A stretch of DNA of 64,000 bases from Desulfatiglandales bacterium (GCA_963666345.1 OY762721.1:2560001-2624000); one strand, 5' to 3'; positions 39,223 through 48,674 are shown, numbered from the stretch's first letter. The notes: generated by a model not told the origin, from the sequence alone. A program made the numbers and translations.

Positions 39223-41679
39223 ATGAAATCAAAAAAAAATAAAGGTGATGGCGGTCCTTCCATGATCAGGGAAACGCCGGGGCTGGAGATCGATTTTGAT
39301 GCTATAACAATGCAGTTTCAAGCCGCCTATGAAGAGGGGCGCGGATTTCTGTTCGAGCATGAGGTTTACGGCCTGCTGAAGACCTCCGGGGCGGAAACCC
39401 CTCCCAAGTCGAAACTGCTCCTTAAGGGAAGCCGACCTTCGGACCGGGATCTGATTGAGCTTTCGGGCGAATATGTGGTTCTCAAGATCGTGTCCCCCAT
39501 GATTATTCATAAGACGGAGGTGGGGGGGGTCAGGGTTGTTGAAAACAGGTCTGAAAAGATCCGTTCGGCATGGCGAAGGATGATGCATGAGGTACCTGAA
39601 AATTATTCATCATGGATTGAAAAGAACAGGGGTTCAGAGCCTGCGGCCTACAGGGGGTTAAGCTCCGAGACCCTTCTTTCGGCTATCTCAAGCGATATCA
39701 AGGGGGTGCTGATGGTTCAGTACATGCCCCCTGATTCAGAGGCCTTCGGCAATGAACTGATAGTGGGTATAAGGCGAACCAGGGAATTCGGTATGGTCAT
39801 AAGTGCCGGACTGGGGGGGACCGACACCGAGCTTTATGCCGATCGGTTCAGGAAGGGGCAGGCCATAGTTGCGGCCTCCACCGAGCTTACAGACATCGAT
39901 ACCTTTTTTGAGATATTCAAGAGGACTATTTCCTATAAAAAACTTGCCGGGCTTACCAGGGGTCAGAGGCGGATTGTCACTGATGAGCAACTGGTAGAAT
40001 GTTTTTCCTCTTTTATCGCAATGGCCAATTTTTTCTCCCCGACAAATGAAAGGGCACCCTTTGTAATTGATGAGCTTGAGATAAACCCTTTTGCCTTTTC
40101 AGATTTTTTGATGGTGCCCCTTGACGGGCTTTGCAGATTTTCGGAAAAGGGGAAAAAGGGCGCTTCAAGGCCTATTGAAAAGATAGGCCGTCTTCTTCAT
40201 CCGGGATCCATAGGGATTGTCGGGGTTTCGGCGAAAAGGATGAATTTCGGCCGGATAATACTCAAAAATATCCTCGCAAACGGTTTTGATCCACAAAAGG
40301 TCTATATAATAAAACCGGGCACGGATCAGATAGACGGCATAAGGTGTGTGCCCGACCTGAAATCTCTTGAACAGAGGCTCGATCTGTTTGTGGTTGCAGT
40401 CGATGCAAGCAAACTGCCTCAGCTTGTTGAAGAGGTGATAGATCTGAAGGCCGCGGAATCGGTCATGCTTATCCCGGGGGGGCTGGGCGAGAAAAAGGGG
40501 AGTGAGGAAAGGGCGAAAAGGCTCATAAAAAAGATAGGTGATTCTCACAAAACTCCCGACGGCGGTCCGGTATTTCTGGGGGCCAATTGCCTGGGGGTCA
40601 TATCGCATCCAGGCTCATTTGACACCCTTTTTATCCCTGAGGAAAAGCTGCCCAAGGACAGAAAATCCAGAAAGCAGAGGGCTGCGTTTGTCAGCCAGAG
40701 CGGTGCCTTCATGATAACCAGGCTGAGTAAAAAACCGTGTCTTGATCCCTCCTATGTCATTTCAGTGGGAAATCAGACAGACCTCACCCTGGCGGATATC
40801 GTCATCTACCTAAAGGATCTGGATGATATCGATGTCATAGCGGTTTATGCGGAAGGTTTCAAGGATCTCGACGGCCTTGCCTTTGCGCGCGCCGTCAGGC
40901 AGGCGATACTCAGGGGCAAGTACGTCGTCTTTTACAAGGCGGGTCGTACCCCCGAGGGCAAGACCGCCACTTCAGGGCACACTGCATCCCTTGCCGGTGA
41001 TTACATGATCTGTGAATCTCTTATCATGCAGGCAGGCGCGATCGTTGCCCAGACATTTAGCCAGTTTGAATCCCTTTTTCTTCTGGCCGAGCGGCTTCAT
41101 GGGAAGAAAATAAGAGGAAACCGGATGGCGGCCGTAAGCGGGGCCGGTTTTGAGGCCGTGGGTATGGCGGACAGCATATATTCGGATGACTATGACATGC
41201 AGTTAGGAGCCTTTGCCGGCGAAACCGTGAGAACAATCGAGGGCATACTGGAGGAAAATTCCCTCCACACCCTGGTAGACGTAAGAAACCCTCTGGACAT
41301 AAACCCCACTGCCAGTGATGAGGTGCATGTCAGGGTAGTGGAATCCCTTATCGGGGACCCCAATGTCGATTGCGTCATAGTGGGCCTGGATCCCCTGTCG
41401 CCGGTAACCTGTACCCTGGCCGGTGACACGAATGGTTTCTCTCTTGATTCGGAAAAAGGGACTGCAAGGCTGATGCCCGATCTCGCATCAAGGAGCGAAA
41501 AGCCTATAGTGGGAGTCGTGGATGGGGGAAAACGGTATGATCCCCTGGTGGAGGCCCTTGAGAAGACGGGTCTTCCCATGTTCAGGTCCTCCGATATGGC
41601 CGTGTCGGCCCTGGCAAGATACATAAAAGGAAGATTGAGGGCTGAAAAAATCCGCCTCAGAAACGGAATAGACAGATAA
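39223..41679 (+). CDS. ADP-forming acetate/acyl-CoA ligase (ATP-grasp N-terminal, CoA-binding C-terminal); start uncertain
   Basis: LKIVSP.IIHKTEVGGV, ELEINP, GANCLG, SQSGA, SGHTASLAG (phospho-His), NPLD. Confidence 0.9.
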   Translation: MKSKKNKGDGGPSMIRETPGLEIDFDAITMQFQAAYEEGRGFLFEHEVYGLLKTSGAETPPKSKLLLKGSRPSDRDLIELSGEYVVLKIVSPMIIHKTEVGGVRVVENRSEKIRSAWRRMMHEVPENYSSWIEKNRGSEPAAYRGLSSETLLSAISSDIKGVLMVQYMPPDSEAFGNELIVGIRRTREFGMVISAGLGGTDTELYADRFRKGQAIVAASTELTDIDTFFEIFKRTISYKKLAGLTRGQRRIVTDEQLVECFSSFIAMANFFSPTNERAPFVIDELEINPFAFSDFLMVPLDGLCRFSEKGKKGASRPIEKIGRLLHPGSIGIVGVSAKRMNFGRIILKNILANGFDPQKVYIIKPGTDQIDGIRCVPDLKSLEQRLDLFVVAVDASKLPQLVEEVIDLKAAESVMLIPGGLGEKKGSEERAKRLIKKIGDSHKTPDGGPVFLGANCLGVISHPGSFDTLFIPEEKLPKDRKSRKQRAAFVSQSGAFMITRLSKKPCLDPSYVISVGNQTDLTLADIVIYLKDLDDIDVIAVYAEGFKDLDGLAFARAVRQAILRGKYVVFYKAGRTPEGKTATSGHTASLAGDYMICESLIMQAGAIVAQTFSQFESLFLLAERLHGKKIRGNRMAAVSGAGFEAVGMADSIYSDDYDMQLGAFAGETVRTIEGILEENSLHTLVDVRNPLDINPTASDEVHVRVVESLIGDPNVDCVIVGLDPLSPVTCTLAGDTNGFSLDSEKGTARLMPDLASRSEKPIVGVVDGGKRYDPLVEALEKTGLPMFRSSDMAVSALARYIKGRLRAEKIRLRNGIDR

Positions 41680-41687
41680 TACCGGAA

Positions 41688-41736
41688 CCCTCCGCCCTTG
41701 AGTTCAGCAAAGGAAGAATTCAGGCGGGGGCGGGGC
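41688..41736. terminator. GC-rich hairpin between convergent genes
   Basis: CCGCCCTTGAGTTC...GAATTCAGGCGGGGG. Confidence 0.5.
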
Positions 41737-41750
41737 ATGGAACTTTTCTC

Positions 41751-43484
41751 TCAGTTCGAAGAGGGGCTGCGTAAATCAATCATGGTGATGAAATTTGAGT
41801 AGCGCGAATCAAGATCCTTGACCGGGATCCATTCATATTCCTCGCGAAATTCTTCCCATATTTCAGAAAGCGTTTCCTTCAGGATTGCTCCCGCCTCAGG
41901 ATCGGGGTTCGAGGCGAGGGAAAGGAAATAATCTATAAAGGGGTCCTTGAATCCGGGCATATTGTATGGAGGAGCCTTTTCATCAGCCCTCAAGAAATCA
42001 AAAAGCCTCTTTGCCTGCCCGGTCGGGATCCCGGAGAAATTGAGTTCTTCATGTAATACAAATCTGGCCCATAAATTAAAGAGCAGAGGCCTGAAGGTCG
42101 TGTCGGATGCCTTTATCAATCCATCTTCAACCGGATAACTTTGTGTAAGGTTCTCAAAAAGGCTGTCAAGCACCATCGTCTTGCGGAGGGCATCCATGCA
42201 GGCGGTAAGTTCCAAAACCGATTTGAAGTCTCTGAACTCCTCTTCCTCCTGAATCCCGGAGTAAAAGAGAGGAAATTTTTGAAGGATTCCTTTAAGGGCT
42301 CCTCCCCAATCCTCTCCCCAGAATTCAGGCCTAAGCGATTCTTTTCTTGACCAGCTTTCTTTTTCCCATCTCACAACCTCCCACTTTACCTTCAGGACAA
42401 GCCCTAGACCCACACGGAAGAAGGCCTCAAGGGAGTTGTCCCTTACCATCTTTTCAGCACTTGCGATATCTCCTTTGCAGGCCCTTTCCATGGCAATGTT
42501 GATGTAACCCGCGGCTTTCCTGCATGTGCGTATCAATATGTCCAGGTCCTGATCCATATTTCCGTCTGCTGAGATTATCTTGTTGCACAGGCCTGCAAAT
42601 TCAAGACATACCCTGTCCATCAGGATCGGGTCGGCTATTTCCGAGACGGTCTGCTGAAGAAGAGTGCCCCCGCCGCCCTGGTGGAAATGGGTCCTGGGCA
42701 CAAGCGCATTGCCGTCTTGTTCAATCAAAATGCCCGGTATCTTCCCTTTATCTTCTACCGCCAGGGCATCGGGCAAAAGGGGCGAATAGACCTTAAGAGC
42801 CTCTTCAAAGGGCAGGAATCCATGTTCCGCCAGGCGGACATTTCTTATCCTGTACATGCTTTCTTCCGATTCAGCCGGAATTACCCCTGCAAGTCCGAAT
42901 ATGAAGGCCTGATATTTCACAAAGTCTGTCTTCGCCATCTCTTTGATTATATTGTAAAATGTATCATGGTGTTGAGGCTCCATTACCCTGATGTAGCAGA
43001 CTCCGTCAAGGGTGAAAAAGCCTTCCGGCATATTATGGAGGTCGTCTTCGGAGTCCATTATCAGGACCTCCAGGTTTTTAGAAAGGCTGTAAAAGGCGAT
43101 AGGCTGTCCACTGCTGAAAAACCATTTCACGAGTCTGGGACAATCGGCCTGATAAAGCCTGGTTATCCACTCTGCAGTCGATGCAAGGTCAATCCTGTCC
43201 TTTTTCCATATCTCAAGGTCCATTATATACTGCCACTGTTTCTCCGACGCAAGTTCAAGTATTGGCAGACAGTCATCTTCCCCCAGTTTCTTGACCAGCC
43301 AGTAGAGGTCTTCCTCGGCAAGCCGCCTGACCATCCTGCCTGGGTCATCAAGCTCGAATATGCTGTTCAGTATCCTGCTTCCCGAAAGAGAAGAGAACTT
43401 CTCCGTCAAGGCCTTTCCCTTGTCAGGGGGTATGAGGTTACCCTCAGCCATGCCGGGGGTCTTATTCTTTTTCTGTAGGCTCAA
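41751..43484 (-). CDS. Conserved deltaproteobacterial hypothetical protein (DUF6178-like); start uncertain (TTG 43484 or ATG 43451)
   Basis: Long ORF with DLEIWKKDRI, RNVRLAEHGFLPFEEAL, AAGYINI, FRVG. Confidence 0.7.
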   Translation of the reverse strand: MSLQKKNKTPGMAEGNLIPPDKGKALTEKFSSLSGSRILNSIFELDDPGRMVRRLAEEDLYWLVKKLGEDDCLPILELASEKQWQYIMDLEIWKKDRIDLASTAEWITRLYQADCPRLVKWFFSSGQPIAFYSLSKNLEVLIMDSEDDLHNMPEGFFTLDGVCYIRVMEPQHHDTFYNIIKEMAKTDFVKYQAFIFGLAGVIPAESEESMYRIRNVRLAEHGFLPFEEALKVYSPLLPDALAVEDKGKIPGILIEQDGNALVPRTHFHQGGGGTLLQQTVSEIADPILMDRVCLEFAGLCNKIISADGNMDQDLDILIRTCRKAAGYINIAMERACKGDIASAEKMVRDNSLEAFFRVGLGLVLKVKWEVVRWEKESWSRKESLRPEFWGEDWGGALKGILQKFPLFYSGIQEEEEFRDFKSVLELTACMDALRKTMVLDSLFENLTQSYPVEDGLIKASDTTFRPLLFNLWARFVLHEELNFSGIPTGQAKRLFDFLRADEKAPPYNMPGFKDPFIDYFLSLASNPDPEAGAILKETLSEIWEEFREEYEWIPVKDLDSRYSNFITMIDLRSPSSN

Positions 43485-43659
43485 ATGTGTAACTCCCGAT
43501 ATCATGCGGTTTTTTTGTTTAAAATGATAACATGGTTGGAGATTGCCATGTAACAAAGGGCAAGTCAACCGCGGCATCCCTGATCCACCATCAAGGCGTG
43601 GTCCGTTCCTGTTCTGTTCAGAGCCGGACTGCCTCGAATCCATTGGTCCTCGTGCCGAT

Positions 43660-44202
43660 TTACCCGGCCCCTTCCAATCCTTTGCTGAAATCTGTAAGGA
43701 CATTCGTCACTCTGGCTCCGAGCTCCTTGTCAAGCATGAAAAGGCCGTTTTTGCCTCCTTCGCCCGAACCTACGAGATTCAACTTGGCGATAATGTCGTT
43801 GTCGTTTTCCTCTTCTTCCACCTGCTCGGTTACGTACCACTGAAGGAAGATGTGTGTTGCATGATCCTTTTCCTCTATAGCGAGGTCAACCAGATCGTTG
43901 ATCGATCTGGTGATGAATTTCTCATGCTCCAGTGTTTTTTGGAACATATCAAGAGGAGAATCAAATTCCGCAGGCGGTTCGGCAATTGACGCGAGTTTAG
44001 GTCTTCCCCCCTGCCTGCCTATATACTCATATAGCTTCATGGCATGAAACATCTCTTCATGGTATTGAACCATAAACCAGTTTGCAAAGCCCTTAAGGCC
44101 TGCTGAATCGCTGTGGGTTGCCATGGACATGTAAAGATAGGCCGAATACATCTCCTTGTTCACCTGTTCATTAAGGGCCTTTTCCATGTTTTCACTTATC
44201 AT
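43660..44202 (-). CDS. ftnA: Non-haem ferritin
   Basis: EQVNKEMYSAYLY, EEMFHAMK, HEKFIT, FLQWYVTEQVEEE. Confidence 0.93.
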   Translation of the reverse strand: MISENMEKALNEQVNKEMYSAYLYMSMATHSDSAGLKGFANWFMVQYHEEMFHAMKLYEYIGRQGGRPKLASIAEPPAEFDSPLDMFQKTLEHEKFITRSINDLVDLAIEEKDHATHIFLQWYVTEQVEEEENDNDIIAKLNLVGSGEGGKNGLFMLDKELGARVTNVLTDFSKGLEGAG

Positions 44203-44299
44203 GACGCATCCTCCTTTAAAGAATTATGTTCACTTCCCCTGACCTTAATACAGTAATGTCTCAATGCACACTGTTCAACCCTGAAGGAGAAAATATATG

Positions 44300-44335
44300 T
44301 TGACAAGATGCCGGTTGTCGTTTATTTTTATAAAC
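44300..44335 (+). promoter_or_regulatory. Promoter with overlapping palindrome GTTTAT-N4-ATAAAC (putative autorepression operator)
   Basis: TTGACA 44300-44305, 17 nt, TATTTT; palindrome 44320-44335. Confidence 0.6.
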
Positions 44336-44435
44336 ATCAAAACGGGACTGCCTGATTTCAGGGCAGGTTAAGCGGTCTTGAGCGCTTAAATAAATTGTTT
44401 TCAGGCTTTAATCAAAAAGGGATTTTTAAAAAGCG

Positions 44436-45095
44436 GTGCAGGAATTGAAATCAGGATTCGATTCATTTTTCAGGCGTATCTCCGAGGCGGCAGGGATTTC
44501 CTCCCAAAATGAGCTTGCCTGTCTCCTTGGTGTAAACCGTTCCGCCATAACCCAGGCCAAAAAAAGGGGCGTTATTCCTGAAAAGTGGATCCTCAATCTT
44601 TCCCGCTCCTTCAGGCTTAACCCCGACTGGATTGAGTCGGGTCAAGGCCCTAAATATATAAGGGGTTCTGAAGATGATAGCCTTGAATTCACTGTAATAC
44701 CAAAGGTCAGGGCCAGGCTGAGTGCCGGAGGAGGTTCCTTCGAAGTGGGTGAGGAGATAGAAGGTTACTATTCCTTCAGGGGACAGTGGCTTGCAAGAAA
44801 GGGAAGCCCGAGGAGCATGGTCCTTATGAATGTTTTTGGAAACAGCATGGAGCCTGAGATAAAGGACGGGGACACAATACTCGTTGACGAATCACAGAAG
44901 GATATCCTTGCAGGTGCAATATATGCGGTAGGTGTGGATGATACGGTTATGGTCAAAAGGGTAGAAAAACACCCGAATAAACTTGTCCTGCAAAGTGACA
45001 ACTCTACTTATCAGCCGATATACCTTGAAGGTGAGGAGATAGAAAAGGCGCGGATTATAGGCAAGGTCTTATGGGTGTGTCGTGAGCTCAGGTAG
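44436..45095 (+). CDS. Phage CI-like HTH repressor with S24 (LexA-type) peptidase domain
   Basis: HTH SQNELACLLGVNRSAIT, cleavage-like SAGGG, GNSMEP (Ser), VKR (Lys). Confidence 0.9.
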   Translation: MQELKSGFDSFFRRISEAAGISSQNELACLLGVNRSAITQAKKRGVIPEKWILNLSRSFRLNPDWIESGQGPKYIRGSEDDSLEFTVIPKVRARLSAGGGSFEVGEEIEGYYSFRGQWLARKGSPRSMVLMNVFGNSMEPEIKDGDTILVDESQKDILAGAIYAVGVDDTVMVKRVEKHPNKLVLQSDNSTYQPIYLEGEEIEKARIIGKVLWVCRELR

Positions 45096-45172
45096 GCGAA
45101 AGGCATTTTTTTATCTTCCATGTTGTTATTTATAAACATAAATTGGTTTAAATAAACGAAGAGGAGGATAAA

Positions 45173-45337
45173 ATGCAACAAAGGTACTGCGTATGCGGGT
45201 GTATGATTTGGGTTCAGTATGAATTTGCAGGTGCGGACTTACATACCAATTTTTGGGCGGAAAAGTTTAAGGGAAACTCTTTCCTGTTAAAGTGCCCCGG
45301 ATGCGGAAAGCATCTTGATATCGATGAACTGGGTTAA
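45173..45337 (+). CDS. 54-aa Cys-rich (Zn-ribbon-like) small protein, absent from ORF track
   Basis: RBS GAGGAGG; MQQRYCVCGCMIWVQYEF...KCPGCGKHLDIDELG*. Confidence 0.75.
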   Translation: MQQRYCVCGCMIWVQYEFAGADLHTNFWAEKFKGNSFLLKCPGCGKHLDIDELG

Positions 45338-45351
45338 ATGCCTTGGGAAAT

Positions 45352-45398
45352 CTCCCGGTTGGCCTGTTTCAAACAGTGCTAAGCCGGGAGTTTTTCTT
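45352..45398 (+). terminator. Intrinsic terminator after small ORF
   Basis: CTCCCGG...CCGGGAG followed by TTTTTCTTT. Confidence 0.7.
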
Positions 45399-45434
45399 TG
45401 ATTGAGCAGATGTGAACCCACATTTTGCTAATTT

Positions 45435-45596
45435 TCAAGTTGAGTGAACTTTGTTCCTGACCCCTTTCCCGAAGTTTACGACATTTACTTCGTATTCCAC
45501 ACTTTCAGGGAGCAGGATCTGCTTTGTAACCTTGTTAGAGGTGAAAAGCGGGTTGTGCGGCGTTTTTTCCGCCTTTTCCATGCTGACTATCTTCAT
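45435..45596 (-). pseudogene. Truncated cupin-domain gene
   Basis: PLFTSNKVTKQ..VNVVNFGKGVRNKVH resembles cupin motif 1 and stops straight after it. Confidence 0.5.
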
Positions 45597-45635
45597 CTGC
45601 GTCTCTTTCAAACTTTTGTGATTGGATCGCAAGGA

Positions 45636-46571
45636 TCAATCATTCATGGCCTCTGATTCCTGCCCTGCCTCTTTTGACTCAGGTTTTACGGCATCCTCTT
45701 TTTTATCTTCAGGCTCGGGAGCGGCAACTTCCGCCTGTTTTGGTTCCTCCATCCTTACTTCTTCTTTGTCCCTGATTTTTTCAGGTTCCTGACTTTTTTT
45801 CTTATCCTTTACGATCTTTTCCTTTTCCTCCCCTTTTTTATCGTGCGGTTTAACGTCTTGTTCGAGGTGGATCTTCTTGTACTGGTGTATCATGGTATTG
45901 GTAAAGCCTATAAGGATGTCATCTATATACGTGCGGTGGTTGCCTCCCACATAGGCCTGAAGAGCCTCACTGATCGATTTTTTTGAGTCAAAATATTCGG
46001 AAAGGATCATCGAGCCAAGGTGAATATTATTGTCAATATAAAAGATGCTGTCATTGGTAATTCGAAGATTTTTAAGCTTTTTAGGATGAGCCCTTTCGAG
46101 AACCTGCATGAGGCCCTTTGCTCCCTTATTGCTTACCAGAATCAACCTGAAACTGGATTCCCTGTTTATTATGTGTACTATGAGTTCAGGCGGGATACCG
46201 AATTCATTGGAATACTTCAAGGCGGTTCTTGCTATAGCCTCCGATATATTGGGATCAAGTTTGGGTTGAAGTTGACGGATCAGATCATTTATTTTTTTGA
46301 ATTCATCGGCTTTGTCCCTGTTTTTGTCTCTTATGCCTTTTTCCTTAAGAATCCCGATGGATTTTTTAAGGACGGCAATTTCCTGATTTTTGACTGTTTC
46401 ATTCATCCTTGCCGTATCAAGGTTTTCAGCGATCCTCTGAATGTCAAGGTTCACCTGCCTGTAATATATACTGGCAACGGCAGCCACAGACACAGCGGCG
46501 AGTAAGACAATTATTATTGTAAACAAGTAAAAACGCCTTGGATTTGAGCCTCCATCACCCGATGGTTCCAT
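45636..46571 (-). CDS. Membrane-anchored lytic transglycosylase (SLT domain) with charged C-terminal tail
   Basis: N-terminal TM, coiled coil, INRESSF, SNKGAKGLMQV, NIHLG, ALQAY. Confidence 0.85.
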   Translation of the reverse strand: MEPSGDGGSNPRRFYLFTIIIVLLAAVSVAAVASIYYRQVNLDIQRIAENLDTARMNETVKNQEIAVLKKSIGILKEKGIRDKNRDKADEFKKINDLIRQLQPKLDPNISEAIARTALKYSNEFGIPPELIVHIINRESSFRLILVSNKGAKGLMQVLERAHPKKLKNLRITNDSIFYIDNNIHLGSMILSEYFDSKKSISEALQAYVGGNHRTYIDDILIGFTNTMIHQYKKIHLEQDVKPHDKKGEEKEKIVKDKKKSQEPEKIRDKEEVRMEEPKQAEVAAPEPEDKKEDAVKPESKEAGQESEAMND

Positions 46572-46859
46572 CCGTTTTTCCTCCAGATTATTGGTTGTAT
46601 GTCAATCGTTCTTATGCGGGGGTTGAATTTATGGGTGCAACAAGAATAGAATTTTAAAAAATTAAATGAGACTTGTCAAAATTTGTGGTATCCCCTTGAT
46701 CCACCATCAAGATATCATCTGTCCCGCTTGAGCGGGGTTACCTTTGATCGCTCGGCCTTGCGAATCGGTTGCTCCGAACCGGGGTCCTTTACTATTTTTC
46801 TTTTATTTATTAATATTTGATCAAATATCATTAAGGGCATATAAAAAATAAAGGCTGAT

Positions 46860-47035
46860 ACTAAAGTTTATCCATAAATCAAGATTTATGGACTCACGCA
46901 ATCAGCTGTCAGTAGTCAGTAAAACACCCGGGATATCAAATTATTGGCTACTTGCTGATAGCTGCCGCTTGCCCGCCGCTAATGTGGCGGGGCTGAAAGC
47001 AGCATCCGGAAATGGTCCATTTCCGGATGGGACTA
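46860..47035. repeat. Palindrome-rich intergenic element (REP/MITE-like)
   Basis: CCATAAATC-AA-GATTTATGG; CCCGCCGC..GTGGCGGG; perfect CATCCGGAAATGG-T-CCATTTCCGGATG at 47003-47029. Confidence 0.5.
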
Positions 47036-47070
47036 AATAAGTTCACACCGGACCCATGGGAGGAATGGCA

Positions 47071-47847
47071 ATGAGTTACAGCACGGTCTTGATCGAAAGA
47101 AAGGGGCATATCGGAACGGTAATACTTAACCGGCCGGAATATATGAACACATTCAGCTCGGAGATGGCGGATGAATTGAATGCCGCGCTTGTTGGACTGG
47201 ATATGGATCAGGATGTCAGGGTTATTGTCTTAAAGGGTTCAGGTAAGGCCTTTTGTGTCGGCATTGACGTGTCGGAATTCCATGGAAAGAGCCATGCCCA
47301 GTATCTGGAATGGGTTACACGTATGGAGAATGTGATCATAACCATCTCGGGCATGAAAAAACCTGTGATCGCCTCCGCCCACGGCTATGCCGTCGCCAAT
47401 GGCGCCGGCCTTATAGCCGCGTGTGATCTGGCGATTGTGGCGGAGGGAACCAAGATCGGAGCGACTGCGGTAAATGTGGGGCTTTTCTGCATGGGTCCGG
47501 CTGTCCCGATATCCAGGATCCTCGGCAGGAAAAGGGCGCTTGAAATGGTCCTGACGGGAGATTTGATAGACGCTTCAAAGGCACTTGAATGGGGGCTCGT
47601 AAATCAGGTCGTGCCTGCGGGTAAACTTCAGGAGGAGACGGAAAGGCTTGCGGAAAAGCTGGCCCTGAAGAGCCCTCTGGCCGTTCAGATGGGGAAAAGG
47701 GCCTTTTACGGAATGTCCGATATGGAGCTGTCAAAGGCAGTAGAATATTCCAATGAGGTCTTTGCCTCTCTATGCATTACAGAAGATGCGAGTGAAGGGG
47801 TGGAGGCGTTTCTGAACAAGAGGCTGCCTGTGTGGAAGGAAAAATGA
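47071..47847 (+). CDS. Enoyl-CoA hydratase/isomerase family protein
   Basis: LNRPEYMN, KAFCVGID, KPVIASAHGYAVANG, EGVEAFLNKR. Confidence 0.92.
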   Translation: MSYSTVLIERKGHIGTVILNRPEYMNTFSSEMADELNAALVGLDMDQDVRVIVLKGSGKAFCVGIDVSEFHGKSHAQYLEWVTRMENVIITISGMKKPVIASAHGYAVANGAGLIAACDLAIVAEGTKIGATAVNVGLFCMGPAVPISRILGRKRALEMVLTGDLIDASKALEWGLVNQVVPAGKLQEETERLAEKLALKSPLAVQMGKRAFYGMSDMELSKAVEYSNEVFASLCITEDASEGVEAFLNKRLPVWKEK

Positions 47848-47863
47848 GGGCATGAGCCGATAT

Positions 47864-48658
47864 CTACCCGGGGACCCTGCATCTGAGATCAACATAGGAA
47901 TCCACTTTGGCGAATATCTTGTCGACCTGTGCCGATTTCGGCAGGGCATCCCTGATTATCCTCATATACCCCCTCTGCCGCAGGAGTTCAAATGCACGCC
48001 TGAAGGTCAGATCAAATACCCAGCCTGTCTGAAGCAGTTTGAAATCGTTGAATGTCTTGAGGCTGCTTATCTTGACGACCCTTTCAGCCATGATATCCGA
48101 AACAACGTCAGGGGATATATTCGGGGAATCAGGCAGATCCAGTTCAATGGCGCTGTTTTTTCTTCCTCCACTATCTTTGTAGTACTCGGTCACAACCCGC
48201 CAGATGTCCAGTTTGTCCGCGTCTCTGAGCAACCGCAGAAAAAAAAGACAATCTTCCGATGCCTCTTCTGGAAGGACCGCACGGTTGTGGTTTGAAACGG
48301 CGTAGAGGATCAAATCCCTGTCCCGGTTGTCGAGCAAATCAAGTACCTTTTCCTTTTTCAGCACCCTGGCGCCCAGTGAGGCATGATTTTCAGATTTATG
48401 GTCGGCAAAGGTGCCGTAGCGTGAATATTGCTCGAATCTGCCTATATCATGAAAAAGCGCCGTCACCTCCGCCAGCCGGATCTGTTCGTCAGTAAGGGCG
48501 ATACTTGTCGCTATATCAAGTATTTCTTCACAGACCCTTTCGGTGTGTTTCGCCTTGAGGTCCATATTCTGCTGCTGCCCGGGATCAAAAGAGCGATACC
48601 TGGATACATATCGGCAAAACCAGTCCTTAAGAGATGCAAGCGTCTTATTATCAATCAT
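47864..48658 (-). CDS. HD-domain phosphohydrolase
   Basis: KHTERV, ALFHDIGRFEQY, NHA, NHN, RDADKLDI. Confidence 0.88.
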   Translation of the reverse strand: MIDNKTLASLKDWFCRYVSRYRSFDPGQQQNMDLKAKHTERVCEEILDIATSIALTDEQIRLAEVTALFHDIGRFEQYSRYGTFADHKSENHASLGARVLKKEKVLDLLDNRDRDLILYAVSNHNRAVLPEEASEDCLFFLRLLRDADKLDIWRVVTEYYKDSGGRKNSAIELDLPDSPNISPDVVSDIMAERVVKISSLKTFNDFKLLQTGWVFDLTFRRAFELLRQRGYMRIIRDALPKSAQVDKIFAKVDSYVDLRCRVPG

Positions 48659-48674
48659 TATCTCGGCCAGTTTC

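Noticed and set aside
44436..46571. Prophage remnant (CI repressor plus transglycosylase)
   Set aside because: No integrase, cro, structural genes or att sites; neighbours are housekeeping genes
46696..46710. FNR box
   Set aside because: Spacer is 5 nt (TTGAT-N5-ATCAA), not 4; kept only as an unexplained repeat
46715..46790. Possible c-di-GMP-I riboswitch on the minus strand (GGTAACCCCGCTCAAGCGGGAC)
   Set aside because: Lacks the GNRA loop, GCAAAG junction and second stem; only generic hairpins
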